Shown here piece after piece: positions 1-9,480 of a DNA stretch of 51,700 bases. The stretch covers positions 1 to 51,700 of the forward strand of contig JAAOYA010000002.1 of NCBI GenBank assembly GCA_018221105.1, in the 5' to 3' direction. The translations under genes and the position numbers were made by a program. Position 1 is the stretch's first letter, and each line of letters opens with the position of its first letter. This DNA comes from Candidatus Woesearchaeota archaeon (lineage in GTDB: Archaea > Nanobdellota > Nanobdellia > Woesearchaeales > JAAOYA01). The notes under the pieces were generated by a model. The model searched no databases. It was not told where the DNA came from and saw nothing but the letters and a program-made list of their open reading frames with translations.

Positions 1-2
1 CA

Positions 3-104
3 ACTGAAGAAGAACCTGAAGCAGAAGAAGAGCCAGCAGTCGAAGAAGCTAAGGAAGATGCTGAAGAAGCAACTGAAGAAGAAGACGCTGAAGAAAAAAA
101 ATAA
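3..104 (+). CDS. 3' end of a gene truncated by the window start; Glu/Ala-rich acidic tail
   Basis: Open frame TEEEPEAEEEPAVEEAKEDAEEATEEEDAEEKK ending in TAA at 102-104, followed by T-tracts. Confidence 0.75.
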   Translation, partial: TEEEPEAEEEPAVEEAKEDAEEATEEEDAEEKK

Positions 105-111
105 GACAAAA

Positions 112-142
112 TTTTTAAATTCTTTTTTTTACTATTTTTTTA
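112..142 (+). terminator. Oligo-T archaeal-type terminator
   Basis: Several T5-T8 runs directly after the stop at 104. Confidence 0.5.
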
Positions 143-164
143 TGAGATTATTTATAGCAATAAA

Positions 165-172
165 TTTATAAA
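165..172 (+). promoter_or_regulatory. TATA box of rps2, implying a ~95-nt 5' leader
   Basis: TTTATAAA at 165-172; GGAGA SD-like site at 281-285 before ATG 292. Confidence 0.55.
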
Positions 173-291
173 TAAAACTCTAATACTGTCATTTTATAGC
201 CTAGCGTAAAGAAAAGCCAAAGGGACTTTACGTGAACTGCAGGGCGAGAATAATGCAGCACAGACTATTTCTGTACTGTTGGAGACAAAAA

Positions 292-915
292 ATGACTGAA
301 AAAACAACAAAAAAAGAATCCAGAGAAGAACTATTAGTACCGTTAGAGCAGTACTTAAAAGCAGGAATTCACATAGGAACAAAATTCAAAACCAAATACA
401 TGCGAGAATTCATCTACAAAAACAGACCAGACGGACTATACGTTCTAAACTTGCAGAAAATTGATGAAAGAATAAAAAAAGCAGCACAATTACTAGCACA
501 ATACAAACCAGAAGACATACTATTAGTGTGCAGAAGAGAAAACGGTTTCAAACCAGTAAAAGTATTCGAAAAACACACAGGCATAAAAGCAATAGCTGGT
601 CGCTACCCGCCAGGAATGCTAACAAATACTGCGCTAGATAATTATGCAGAAGTAAAACTATTAATTGCAGTAGACGCGTGGCCAGACCGCAACGCAATAA
701 AAGACGCTCGTGACAGTGGAGTGCCAATAGTAGCACTTTGCGATACCAACAATCAAACCAACAGCATAGACTTTGTAATGCCAGCAAACAACAAAGGGAA
801 AAAAAGTTTGGGACTAATATTTTGGATACTGGCACGCGAGTACTTAAAAAACACTAAGCAAATAAAAAAAGACAGTGATTTTAAACCAACAATAGAAGAT
901 TTCACAGAAGAATAA
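292..915 (+). CDS. rps2: 30S ribosomal protein S2 (uS2)
   Basis: YLKAGIHIGTK, GRYPPGMLTN, PIVALCDTNN, PANNKGKKSLGLIFWILARE motifs; start moved from 232 to ATG 292 behind the SD. Confidence 0.97.
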   Translation: MTEKTTKKESREELLVPLEQYLKAGIHIGTKFKTKYMREFIYKNRPDGLYVLNLQKIDERIKKAAQLLAQYKPEDILLVCRRENGFKPVKVFEKHTGIKAIAGRYPPGMLTNTALDNYAEVKLLIAVDAWPDRNAIKDARDSGVPIVALCDTNNQTNSIDFVMPANNKGKKSLGLIFWILAREYLKNTKQIKKDSDFKPTIEDFTEE

Positions 916-928
916 CATTAGTTTTTTT

Positions 929-1603
929 TTATTCTTCTACTTTTTCTAAACCATCACTAACAATCTTAAAAAAAACTTCTTTTTGTGGCATGCTACGATG
1001 CTTTCTAAGAATTGCACGGCGCATGTTCTTATAATTTTGTAATTCTACCAAACACTTACTGCCATACTTTAACATGTCACCACCAACCATGTTAACACGA
1101 TCACGATCATCAAAAACACTATACACTTGATTAGTCACTAAGACAGGAATGTTTTTTGTTCTTGCAATTTGTGAAAGAACAGCAAGCTGTTGTCCTAATT
1201 CTTTGTTAACCTCGTAAACTTCATCACTCTTTCCAAGCTCCAAACGATAAAGCATTGCAATAGTATCAACAATAATCAAACCAGTCTTTTGCGTGATCAA
1301 TGATTGCAGTTTAGAAAAAAGCTTTTTTTGCTCTTCAAAACTAACAGGTTTGAAAAATAATATGTTATCAAGAATTTTTTCAGGCTCTTTTTGTAATTGT
1401 TTTAATCGCTCAATACTAAAACCGCCCTCAGTATCAATGTAAATTACTGTTTTATCATCAAGAGCTGTTTTTATAGCTGAAATCATACAAATATTTGTTT
1501 TACCGCTAGCTGCAGGGCCATAAATAGTTGTAATAACCTCATTTTCGAAACCGCCATTTAATAATTCGTCGACGACAACACAACCTGAATTTGTTCTTTG
1601 CAT
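929..1603 (-). CDS. radB: DNA repair protein RadB
   Basis: Short RecA-fold protein without RadA N-domain; GPAASGKT, YIDTEGGFS, VLVTNQV, RadB basic patch LRKHRS; ATG at 1603. Confidence 0.93.
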   Translation of the reverse strand: MQRTNSGCVVVDELLNGGFENEVITTIYGPAASGKTNICMISAIKTALDDKTVIYIDTEGGFSIERLKQLQKEPEKILDNILFFKPVSFEEQKKLFSKLQSLITQKTGLIIVDTIAMLYRLELGKSDEVYEVNKELGQQLAVLSQIARTKNIPVLVTNQVYSVFDDRDRVNMVGGDMLKYGSKCLVELQNYKNMRRAILRKHRSMPQKEVFFKIVSDGLEKVEE

Positions 1604-1625
1604 CAAAAAATTCAAGACTAACGCT

Positions 1626-1649
1626 TTATATAAAACTTACCTTTAAATA
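1626..1649. promoter_or_regulatory. Divergent TATA boxes for radB and the glycosylation operon
   Basis: TTTATATAAA 1626-1635 and TTTAAATA 1642-1649, each ~23 nt from the respective ATG (1603, 1672), i.e. leaderless spacing. Confidence 0.6.
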
Positions 1650-1671
1650 TACACAATATTTTTTGTACCTC

Positions 1672-3159
1672 ATGAAAGCACGACAAATACTGTTATTGTT
1701 GGGCATTTTAGTAGTTGTACTGCTTGCAAATTTAGCAATTCCGTTACTGACGGATAACCTATCACTTAAAGCTTATGATACGGTTCGAGAAGTTGAAAAC
1801 ATACAAGAAAAAGGCATTATAATAGTAAATGATCCTTTAACGCCAGCAACACAAACAATTCTAAAATCACCATTTTTTTATTATCTAACAGCGTTTTTCA
1901 CGCTTTTTTTGCCAGGAGTACTAGCTTACAAGATAGTGCCAGCAATTCTTAGTGTGATAAGCGCTTTTTTGGTCTTTTTAATAGTGAAAAAGTTAACAAA
2001 GAACAATGTTGGGGCGAGCTTTTCAGCAATGCTTTCAGGTTTTATACCGGTAAGTTATAGTCTATTAGTAAACAATGCGTCAAGCTATTCGCTAGTAATG
2101 CCAATGTTTTTGCTATTAATTTATAGTTTTATAAACATTGAAAAACGTTCCTATCAAGCACTATTTCTAGCAAGCATAATATTAAGCCGTTTAACACATC
2201 CTGCAATGATAATATTTATTATAAGCCTGCTAGTATACTTGCTAATAATAAGATTAGAAGGCTTACAACAAAAAAGAGCAGAATTAGAAGTAGTACTGTT
2301 TTCAACATTCTTTTTTTTATGGCTGCTTTTTTTGTGGTACAAAAAAGCATTATTATTTCACGGTCCAAGTGTAATATGGCAAAATCTTCCAACACAATTA
2401 TTAACTAATGATTTTCAATCAACAAACCTTCTACGCGCAATGATACAAATAGGTTTTATACCTTTTATGCTTGGAATTTATGAGATATACCTTAGTTTTT
2501 TTAAAAGAAAAAATCGTCATACATATCTATTAATAGCTTTTATCATAACCAACACTGCGCTTTTATGGTTTCGATTAATACCAACACAAGTAGCATTAAT
2601 GTTTTTAGGATTAGGCTTTGCAATAATGGCAGGTTATAGTTTTGAAAGATTCAACAATTTTTTAGACAATAGCAAAATAGAACCTTACAAAAAGATTATT
2701 CTAATAGGAGTTTCAATTCTGATAATAATAACTTCTGTAATGCCATCAATTAGCATAGCAGCAAAAGAATCAAAAAACGTTGTCACAGTGCAAGAATTAA
2801 AAGCATTAGAATGGCTAGAAAAAATGCCGCTTAATGCAACTGTGCTAGCTTTGCCACAAGAAGGTAATTTAATAATGGCAATAGCCAAAAAACCAGTACT
2901 ATTAAATGATAATTACTTGTTAGTGCCAGACGTCAACGACCGCTACAATTCAACAAGAATAATTTATAGTACAATGTTAGAAACACAAGCGTTATTACAG
3001 CTTAACAAACACGACGTAAAAATAATTTATCTCTCGCCAAGAACAAAAGCAGCCTATGGTGAAAACTTAATATCGTATGTTTCAGATGATATTTGTTTTA
3101 GAAAATGGTACGATGATACAATACAAATATATGAGGTCAAATGCACTATAACAACATGA
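1672..3159 (+). CDS. Polytopic membrane protein, GT-C/STT3-like fold (putative glycosyltransferase)
   Basis: Many TM segments plus C-terminal ALEWLEKMPLNATVLALPQEGNLIMAIAKKPV resembling the AglB/STT3 soluble domain but lacking WWDYG; ATG at 1672. Confidence 0.6.
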   Translation: MKARQILLLLGILVVVLLANLAIPLLTDNLSLKAYDTVREVENIQEKGIIIVNDPLTPATQTILKSPFFYYLTAFFTLFLPGVLAYKIVPAILSVISAFLVFLIVKKLTKNNVGASFSAMLSGFIPVSYSLLVNNASSYSLVMPMFLLLIYSFINIEKRSYQALFLASIILSRLTHPAMIIFIISLLVYLLIIRLEGLQQKRAELEVVLFSTFFFLWLLFLWYKKALLFHGPSVIWQNLPTQLLTNDFQSTNLLRAMIQIGFIPFMLGIYEIYLSFFKRKNRHTYLLIAFIITNTALLWFRLIPTQVALMFLGLGFAIMAGYSFERFNNFLDNSKIEPYKKIILIGVSILIIITSVMPSISIAAKESKNVVTVQELKALEWLEKMPLNATVLALPQEGNLIMAIAKKPVLLNDNYLLVPDVNDRYNSTRIIYSTMLETQALLQLNKHDVKIIYLSPRTKAAYGENLISYVSDDICFRKWYDDTIQIYEVKCTITT

Positions 3160-4526
3160 AATTGAATCAGAAAACAACACTTTACGCAATACTTGCTATA
3201 ACATTAGTACTGTTACTTTTGCCAGTAATACTGCGAGCTAGCAGCACAAGCACTTATTTTGGCACCAGTGCTTACTACGAGCTTAGAATCGCGAATTTGG
3301 ATTGGCGAGCAGATGCTAACAATTACTTTTTGGAATTGCGCCACAATCCTTTCAATTTACTATTAAAAGGATTGCTAATAGTTTTTAATGAACAAATATT
3401 AATGCTTGCACTGCCACTAATTTTAGGCCTATTAACACAAACAACACTTTTTTACTTACTAAAAAACTTTTTCAAAAACGATTATAAAAAACAATTAATC
3501 ACTCAAAGCTTAATAGCTACAGCACCACCATTTCTTTATACTTTTAGCACAATCAATCCATACTCGCTAATACTGCTTTTAACAACTTATTTGTTAATGC
3601 CAATCCAAAACAAAAAAATAGACTGGGTCAAAATATTAATAACATCTTTTATTTTAGGTCTTTTCAATTGGCACACAACAATACTAGTTAGTGGCACAAT
3701 ATTAGTGTATGCTCTAGCAACAAACAAAAAAAAGTTTTTTGTTAGCCCTCCACTAATACTATTAACAACAACAATTTTTAGGGCAAACCAGCCAACAATA
3801 CAAACAAAAAGCACAGCATTACTACAACTATTAAAAAATACAATTTTTGATTTAGGAGGAATTAGTGGACTAGCAATATTTTTTATAATACTAGCGGCAA
3901 TAGGATTTTTTATATCTTGGGATCAAAAAAGAAAATACTATCCAATATACTTTGCAATAATAACTTTAAGCATATTATCAATTTATAACACGTGGCTTTT
4001 AGCACCACTAACAATATTGTTAGCAATTCTGGCAGCAAATGCATTCTATAAATTATCAATTATGAAATGGACCCTTGAGATGGTAAAATATTTAACACTA
4101 CTATCGATAGCTTATGGATTATTATTTTCTGCTATTTCATACGCAAGTATCAATTCTCAAAGCCCTCCAACAATAGAGCAAGTAAACGCTGCAGCACACT
4201 TAAAAAATGTCAGTGTAGACATGGTACTAGCGCACCCTGATAATGCTTTTTTAATACAATACTTTGGCGACAAAAAAACAATGATTACACCATTTACTAA
4301 AGATAAAAAAATGATTGATGATTACCGATCATTATTGCGATCAGAAAATCTTGAAAACACTAAAAAATTACTACAAGAGCACTCGATAGGCTATATTTAT
4401 ATAGACCAAAAAATTACTAATATAGTAAAAGAAAAGCAAGGATTAAGGTTTTTGCTAAGAAATAATCAAACATTTAAACAAATATACGAGAACGAAAAAG
4501 TTAGCATTTGGAGAGTTAAACTATGA
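3156..4526 (+). CDS. Polytopic membrane protein, GT-C/STT3-like fold, paralogue of upstream gene
   Basis: ATGA overlap at 3156-3159; many TMs; C-terminal AAAHLKN...VLAHPDNAFLIQYFG...IGYIYID...FKQIYENEKVSIW. Confidence 0.55.
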   Translation: MKLNQKTTLYAILAITLVLLLLPVILRASSTSTYFGTSAYYELRIANLDWRADANNYFLELRHNPFNLLLKGLLIVFNEQILMLALPLILGLLTQTTLFYLLKNFFKNDYKKQLITQSLIATAPPFLYTFSTINPYSLILLLTTYLLMPIQNKKIDWVKILITSFILGLFNWHTTILVSGTILVYALATNKKKFFVSPPLILLTTTIFRANQPTIQTKSTALLQLLKNTIFDLGGISGLAIFFIILAAIGFFISWDQKRKYYPIYFAIITLSILSIYNTWLLAPLTILLAILAANAFYKLSIMKWTLEMVKYLTLLSIAYGLLFSAISYASINSQSPPTIEQVNAAAHLKNVSVDMVLAHPDNAFLIQYFGDKKTMITPFTKDKKMIDDYRSLLRSENLENTKKLLQEHSIGYIYIDQKITNIVKEKQGLRFLLRNNQTFKQIYENEKVSIWRVKL

Positions 4527-5755
4527 ATTTTGGAGAATTTCTTTTGTACACAGTATCGTACTTTGGTCTTTTTACAGCAATATTTTTTATGATAACACTG
4601 CTTGAAAATCGTAAGCAAATATATGACAAAATGCCGAAAAAATTTCCGTATGTTACAATAATAGTTCCGGCATACAATGAAGAAAAAAGAATAGAGCGCA
4701 CCATTGAATCACTATTAGAGTTAGATTATCCAAAAAACAAAATAGAATTAATGGTGGTCGATGATGGCAGCACTGACAACACACTAAAAGTGTTAGAACA
4801 ATATGGCAAAAAAATTATTGTTTTTTCAAAACACAACGAAGGAAAAGGAAAAGCATTAAATTATGCAATAAAACGCTCAAAAGGAGAATTTGTTGGAGCG
4901 CTTGACGCAGACTCTTATGTTGACAAAAAAGCATTAAAAAGAATAATATCACATTTTAATAATCCGCAAATAATGGCTGTAACACCATCAATGAAAGTTG
5001 GTAATGCACGATCACTACTTCAAAAAATACAACAAATAGAGTATTTAATGGGAATATTCTTGCGAAAAATATTTGCGTTTTTGGGAAGTATTCATGTAAC
5101 ACCAGGACCGTTTACAATATACCGCAAAAAATTCTTTGAAAAATATGGTTATTTTGATCATACAACAATAACAGAAGATATTGAAATAGCGTTGCGTATA
5201 CAATCAAAAAATTACATCATAGAAAATAGTGTTAATGCTTATGTTTACACAATAGCGCCTGACAAGTTCAAACCATTATTACAACAACGTCTGCGTTGGT
5301 ACAGAGGATTTTTAGACAATGTAGTAAAATACAAACACTTATTTAGCAAACGCTTTGGAAACCTAGGACTTTTCATTCTGCCAGCAAGCTTTGCATCAGT
5401 AGCACTAATAATAATGGCCGTAGGCTATTCACTCATAAAGCTATTAAGCAATCAAATAAACACTTTGGTTAACTGGTACAACATAAACTTTGATTTAAAA
5501 AGTTTGTTAACATTCAAAATAGATTTTTTCTTACTGAGCTTTAACGCAGTATTTGTACTAATATTATTGTCGACACTGGTAGGTATCTCGATGATAATGA
5601 TTGCAAAATTTTTAAGTGAAGAACAAACAAAAATTAAATTTTCATACTTTTATTATGTCTTGCTTTACAGTCCTCTTTTTGCACTATGGTGGATTGTAGC
5701 AATTTATTACAAAGTAAGAAATAAAAAAATAAAGTGGGGCCAACGTTTAATGTGA
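4523..5755 (+). CDS. GT2 glycosyltransferase with processive-synthase motifs (IcaA/PgaC/cellulose-synthase-like)
   Basis: IVPAYNEE, DDGSTD, GKGKALN, DAD, TED and QQRLRW (QxxRW); N- and C-terminal TMs; ATGA overlap. Confidence 0.9.
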   Translation: MNFGEFLLYTVSYFGLFTAIFFMITLLENRKQIYDKMPKKFPYVTIIVPAYNEEKRIERTIESLLELDYPKNKIELMVVDDGSTDNTLKVLEQYGKKIIVFSKHNEGKGKALNYAIKRSKGEFVGALDADSYVDKKALKRIISHFNNPQIMAVTPSMKVGNARSLLQKIQQIEYLMGIFLRKIFAFLGSIHVTPGPFTIYRKKFFEKYGYFDHTTITEDIEIALRIQSKNYIIENSVNAYVYTIAPDKFKPLLQQRLRWYRGFLDNVVKYKHLFSKRFGNLGLFILPASFASVALIIMAVGYSLIKLLSNQINTLVNWYNINFDLKSLLTFKIDFFLLSFNAVFVLILLSTLVGISMIMIAKFLSEEQTKIKFSYFYYVLLYSPLFALWWIVAIYYKVRNKKIKWGQRLM

Positions 5756-5757
5756 AA

Positions 5758-6441
5758 ATGGAAAGACGAGAAGTTAATAAAACAAAATATTTAGCTGTTT
5801 TTGCGCTAACAACACTAATATTTCTTTCGGGTTTAATAGTTGGCAATTACATAAGCGAAAAAAAACTATCAAAACTAGATCAAATGCAACAAGATATTAG
5901 AACGCAAACAACAGCACTGGAAGTAGAGTATGCATTACTATCAGAAAACCCTTGCAGTTCAACAAATCACACAGCGCTAAACCAAGAATTATACACTTTA
6001 AGCACTCGATTAAACTACATGGAAAACAGTTTAGGGCCGAACAATGAAGACGTACTACAATTAAAAGAATATTATTCACTACTAGAATTGCGCCATTGGC
6101 TATTATTTAAAAAAGTCAATGCTGAATGCAAACAAAACAAAAAATTAATACTGTATTTTTACTCAAACGCTGGAGATTGCGAGCGTTGCGAAGAACAAGG
6201 ATATCTATTAAGTTATTTTCACAAAAAATATCCAGAATTACTAATATATTCTTTTGACATAAACCTTAACAACATAGCTCTTAGAACACTAAAATCGCAA
6301 TTAGAAGTTACTTCAGCTCCAACAGTAATAGTCAATGAAAACAAAATAGAAGGTTTTGCAGATAAACTAACACTAGAAAAACAGTTTCACCTATTGCCAA
6401 ACACTAATGTAACATCATCAGAACAACTACTGTCAAACTGA
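5758..6441 (+). CDS. Membrane-anchored protein with C-terminal thioredoxin-like domain
   Basis: N-terminal TM, helical region, LYFYS..CERCEEQG (CxxC), SAPTVIVN cis-Pro motif, KIEGF. Confidence 0.7.
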   Translation: MERREVNKTKYLAVFALTTLIFLSGLIVGNYISEKKLSKLDQMQQDIRTQTTALEVEYALLSENPCSSTNHTALNQELYTLSTRLNYMENSLGPNNEDVLQLKEYYSLLELRHWLLFKKVNAECKQNKKLILYFYSNAGDCERCEEQGYLLSYFHKKYPELLIYSFDINLNNIALRTLKSQLEVTSAPTVIVNENKIEGFADKLTLEKQFHLLPNTNVTSSEQLLSN

Positions 6442-7721
6442 GCCTTTAATTCCATATTAATAATATAATCAAAGTACTTGCTTTCTTTTGAATTACCAAA
6501 AATACTATTGTAAACTACGAACTCCGGCCTGTAGCGCATCACCATAAAATTAATATTGTCAGACCACAAACTGCCAACCTTATCATTATTATAATAGCCA
6601 ATCCAAGGCCACACGTTACTGAGCACCATATCAGTCTCATTGTTTTCTAAAAAAGTTAAAGCTTGATACAATGAACTATCTCGTGAGTATAAACAATTAT
6701 TTTTTGTTTTAGCAAAAGCGCCAATAAAAGGGCCGCTCACTGCGAGCAATGTTATAATTAAGAGCCAATACTTATTTTTCAGGCCAAGCTTCTGTGCCAA
6801 AAACTCAAAACCAACAACACCAAATAATACAATAAAAGCAATATATGACAACATGTAACGCTCATACTTTGCCCCGACAAAAAACAAGTAGTAAAACAAA
6901 CTTAATACTACAAAAAAACTAGCAGGCATCAAATACTTATTTTTCTTATTTAATAGTGCAAAAAAACCAAAAAATGCAGTCAGCGAAAAAAATGATAAGT
7001 TATTTGTTAAATGTTTACGCAAAACTGTTTTATCTTGTACAAATTCATAACTTTTTACAATATTATATTGGTAGTGTACATCCCACAAGAAATCATTATA
7101 CACAAATTTATTAAACACTAACCAGGGAGTAATAGCGATTAATACTCCGCCAGAAAACATTAATATCTTTTGCCAATCTTTTTTTGCAAGCAGCCATAAT
7201 CCTGTGCTAAGACCAAATAATGCAAAAGGAAACTTTGCCAAAAATGCTAAGCCTGCAAAAAAACCGCTGGCCAATAACCACTTATTATTTTTATAGGTCA
7301 ATAAATAAAAACTTAAAAGAATAAAAAAAGTTCCCAATATGTCAGGATAAACCTTATAAGACCATTTGAGAGTTACAGGCAAAAAACCAAAAATTATTGC
7401 TGGCAATAATGGATTTTTTGTAAACTTTTTGCTAATAAGATAAACCAAAAAAACACTTGCTAAAGTTATTAAAATAATTATTGTTCGTGCTAAAACAACA
7501 CTCTCGCCAAAAATAAGCCACGGTAGTGTAATGAAGTATTCTGTTAGTGGAAAGCGATAATCTTCAACAAAATTACTTTCAGTTGTATGACTTCGAGAAT
7601 TTGCTAAGTACACGTTTTCATCCCAGTAAAGCAATGGTGTGAAAAACATTGCACTAAAATAAAAAAATGCCAGGATGATGAGTACTAACCAAATAGCATA
7701 ATTTTCTAAGAATTTTTTCAT
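6387..7721 (-). CDS. ArnT/PMT-like (GT39/GT83-type) membrane glycosyltransferase
   Basis: WDENVY in first loop, YPDILG, LAFLAKFP, YERY, many TMs. Confidence 0.8.
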   Translation of the reverse strand: MKKFLENYAIWLVLIILAFFYFSAMFFTPLLYWDENVYLANSRSHTTESNFVEDYRFPLTEYFITLPWLIFGESVVLARTIIILITLASVFLVYLISKKFTKNPLLPAIIFGFLPVTLKWSYKVYPDILGTFFILLSFYLLTYKNNKWLLASGFFAGLAFLAKFPFALFGLSTGLWLLAKKDWQKILMFSGGVLIAITPWLVFNKFVYNDFLWDVHYQYNIVKSYEFVQDKTVLRKHLTNNLSFFSLTAFFGFFALLNKKNKYLMPASFFVVLSLFYYLFFVGAKYERYMLSYIAFIVLFGVVGFEFLAQKLGLKNKYWLLIITLLAVSGPFIGAFAKTKNNCLYSRDSSLYQALTFLENNETDMVLSNVWPWIGYYNNDKVGSLWSDNINFMVMRYRPEFVVYNSIFGNSKESKYFDYIINMELKAQFDSSCSDDVTLVFGNR

Positions 7722-8182
7722 CGCTTTCGCACCTTTACAAAATCAGCAAAAGTAGGATTTTTTATAGTTTCTTTTGAGCTCACCATTTTAAAATCATCTT
7801 CATTATGTTCCTCTATTAGTTTCAAATTGAGTATTCTCTCAAGCTTTTGCGAAAGCGCAATTGATGGTGATAACTGGCCATTTTCGAGTTTTTGTATTAC
7901 TGAAAGTTTTTCTGCAAGTTTTTTGGCTAGTTGTTCTTGCTTTAAACCTAAACGCTCTCGAGTGTTGCGAATAATGCTGGCGTATTCTGGTTTTACTAAA
8001 AGAATTGTTTGTGATTGTTTTCTAACTGTTTTTTTTAATGGCTCTAAACGCTTTTTTAATTCTTCTTTTGTGCCTAAGACTTTGCCGTGCTTTGAGCAAT
8101 TAGTGCAAACTTCTAATTCTGCACCTTCAACAATTGTCTTGTATAATTTATCTATTTTGCCACACATTTCACACTGCGCCAT
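7718..8182 (-). CDS. mbf1: Archaeal multiprotein bridging factor 1 (Zn ribbon + HTH)
   Basis: CEMCG...VEGAELEVCTNCSKHG; IRNTRERLGLKQEQLA...KLENG; C-terminal TFADF. Confidence 0.92.
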   Translation of the reverse strand: MAQCEMCGKIDKLYKTIVEGAELEVCTNCSKHGKVLGTKEELKKRLEPLKKTVRKQSQTILLVKPEYASIIRNTRERLGLKQEQLAKKLAEKLSVIQKLENGQLSPSIALSQKLERILNLKLIEEHNEDDFKMVSSKETIKNPTFADFVKVRKR

Positions 8183-8185
8183 GAA

Positions 8186-8581
8186 TTATCCCTCAATTAT
8201 TTTAATTTGTACTTTGCGGTTTCTTGGACCGTCAAACTCACAAAAAAATATTCCTTGCCACTGGCCCAACTGCAATTTACCATCTATAATAATAATTTTT
8301 TCACTACAACCGATCAAGCTTGATTTTACGTGCCCTGGACTGTTGCCCTCGCTATGCTGGTAATTCCAATTATCACTAACAATTTGATTCAAAGCGTGCA
8401 ACAAGTCTGTTTTTACCGTGGGATCGGCATCTTCATTAATAGTTATTGCTGCTGTAGTATGAGGACAGTAAACAACACACAAGCCCTTTTGCACTTTAGA
8501 ATTGTTAATAACAGATTGCACTTTATCAGTTATGCTTATCAGCTCGTTATGTTTAGAAGTGCTAATTGAGATTGTTTTCAT
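8186..8581 (-). CDS. yjbQ: YjbQ/UPF0047 family protein
   Basis: HTTAAITINE, HSEGNSPGHVKSSL, LGQWQGIFFCEFDGPR. Confidence 0.93.
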   Translation of the reverse strand: MKTISISTSKHNELISITDKVQSVINNSKVQKGLCVVYCPHTTAAITINEDADPTVKTDLLHALNQIVSDNWNYQHSEGNSPGHVKSSLIGCSEKIIIIDGKLQLGQWQGIFFCEFDGPRNRKVQIKIIEG

Positions 8582-8620
8582 AAAAAATACTTTTTTTTTG
8601 TTATATAAAAGTATTTTGAG

Positions 8621-8691
8621 AGCGCCCGCCGGGATTCGAACCCAGGATCATCGCTCTGCAGGCGAGTGCCTTACCGCTTGGCCACGGGCGC
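8621..8691 (-). tRNA. tRNA-Cys(GCA)
   Basis: Reverse complement GCGCCCG...CTGCAGA loop...GGTTCGAATCC...CGGGCGC with U discriminator; CCA not encoded. Confidence 0.95.
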
Positions 8692-8715
8692 GTAAGCGTC
8701 AAAAAACCCCTTTTA

Positions 8716-8752
8716 TTTATAAAAGTTGTCAAGGTCTGGTAATCTTTATAAA
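8716..8752. promoter_or_regulatory. Back-to-back TATA boxes of the divergent tRNA genes
   Basis: TTTATAAA at 8716-8723 and 8745-8752, each ~25 nt from a tRNA 5' end. Confidence 0.7.
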
Positions 8753-8776
8753 TATCATTAATTTCTGCACTACTGT

Positions 8777-8872
8777 GGACCTGTGGCCCAGCCTGGATAG
8801 GGCGACTGCCTTCTAGACGCTTTATAGCGTGAGGTGAGCAGTAGGTCGGGGGTTCGAATCCCTCCAGGTCCG
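8777..8872 (+). tRNA. tRNA-Arg(TCT) with 21-nt intron (8816-8836) at position 37/38
   Basis: GGACCTG/CAGGTCC acceptor stem, ACTGC/GCAGT anticodon stem, TCT 8812-8814, GGTTCGAATCC; bulge-helix-bulge CTTC/GAGG with TAG and TGA bulges. Confidence 0.95.
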
Positions 8873-8873
8873 T

Positions 8874-9443
8874 TCACTGATTAAAATAACCTTGTTTTTC
8901 AACATAGTTTAGAAGTTTATGAAATAATTCTAGCATTAATGGAAATTCCTCGAAATATTTTTCTTTTTTATCAACTAAAAACTTTTTTGACCATCCTTTC
9001 CAATCTTCTTTCCGATCAATTTCGTGAATAAAAGCGTCAAGAGTGTCAATTGCTTTGGCAAAGCGTGATTCAACTGTTTTTTCATTTTCAAATTCTAAAA
9101 AAAGATTAAAGAATTTTTTTTGCATACTCTTTGGCAGTTTTCCTTTTAATTCTTTTGCGGCTACTAACTCGTTTTGTTTTTTATTTTGCCTGGCTTTTTG
9201 ATGGTCTTTATCAGGTGTTATTGGAGAGTCACCAGTTTCAATTTCTACAATATCATGATAGAGTAATAGTTCATAGACTTTTTGCTTATCAAGTCTTTGT
9301 TCAATTTTATCAAAAAAATAGTCTGCAAGCAATAAACAACTGTAAGTATGCTCTGCACTACTTTCTTTTCTATTATCAACAGAATTCATCCTATAAACAG
9401 ATTTTAATTTGTTTAACACCCTAAATTTTAGTAAGTCCTCCAT
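8874..9443 (-). CDS. HD-domain phosphohydrolase (YfbR/HDDC2-like)
   Basis: ESSAEHTYS, YHDIVEIETGD, ESRFAKAIDTLD. Confidence 0.88.
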   Translation of the reverse strand: MEDLLKFRVLNKLKSVYRMNSVDNRKESSAEHTYSCLLLADYFFDKIEQRLDKQKVYELLLYHDIVEIETGDSPITPDKDHQKARQNKKQNELVAAKELKGKLPKSMQKKFFNLFLEFENEKTVESRFAKAIDTLDAFIHEIDRKEDWKGWSKKFLVDKKEKYFEEFPLMLELFHKLLNYVEKQGYFNQ

Positions 9444-9480
9444 AAAAAAATAGAATTTAATACAATTAATAAAGATTTCT

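Noticed and set aside
8621..8872. Integrated element at the tRNA genes
   Set aside because: No integrase and no duplicated tRNA 3' end noticed in the window
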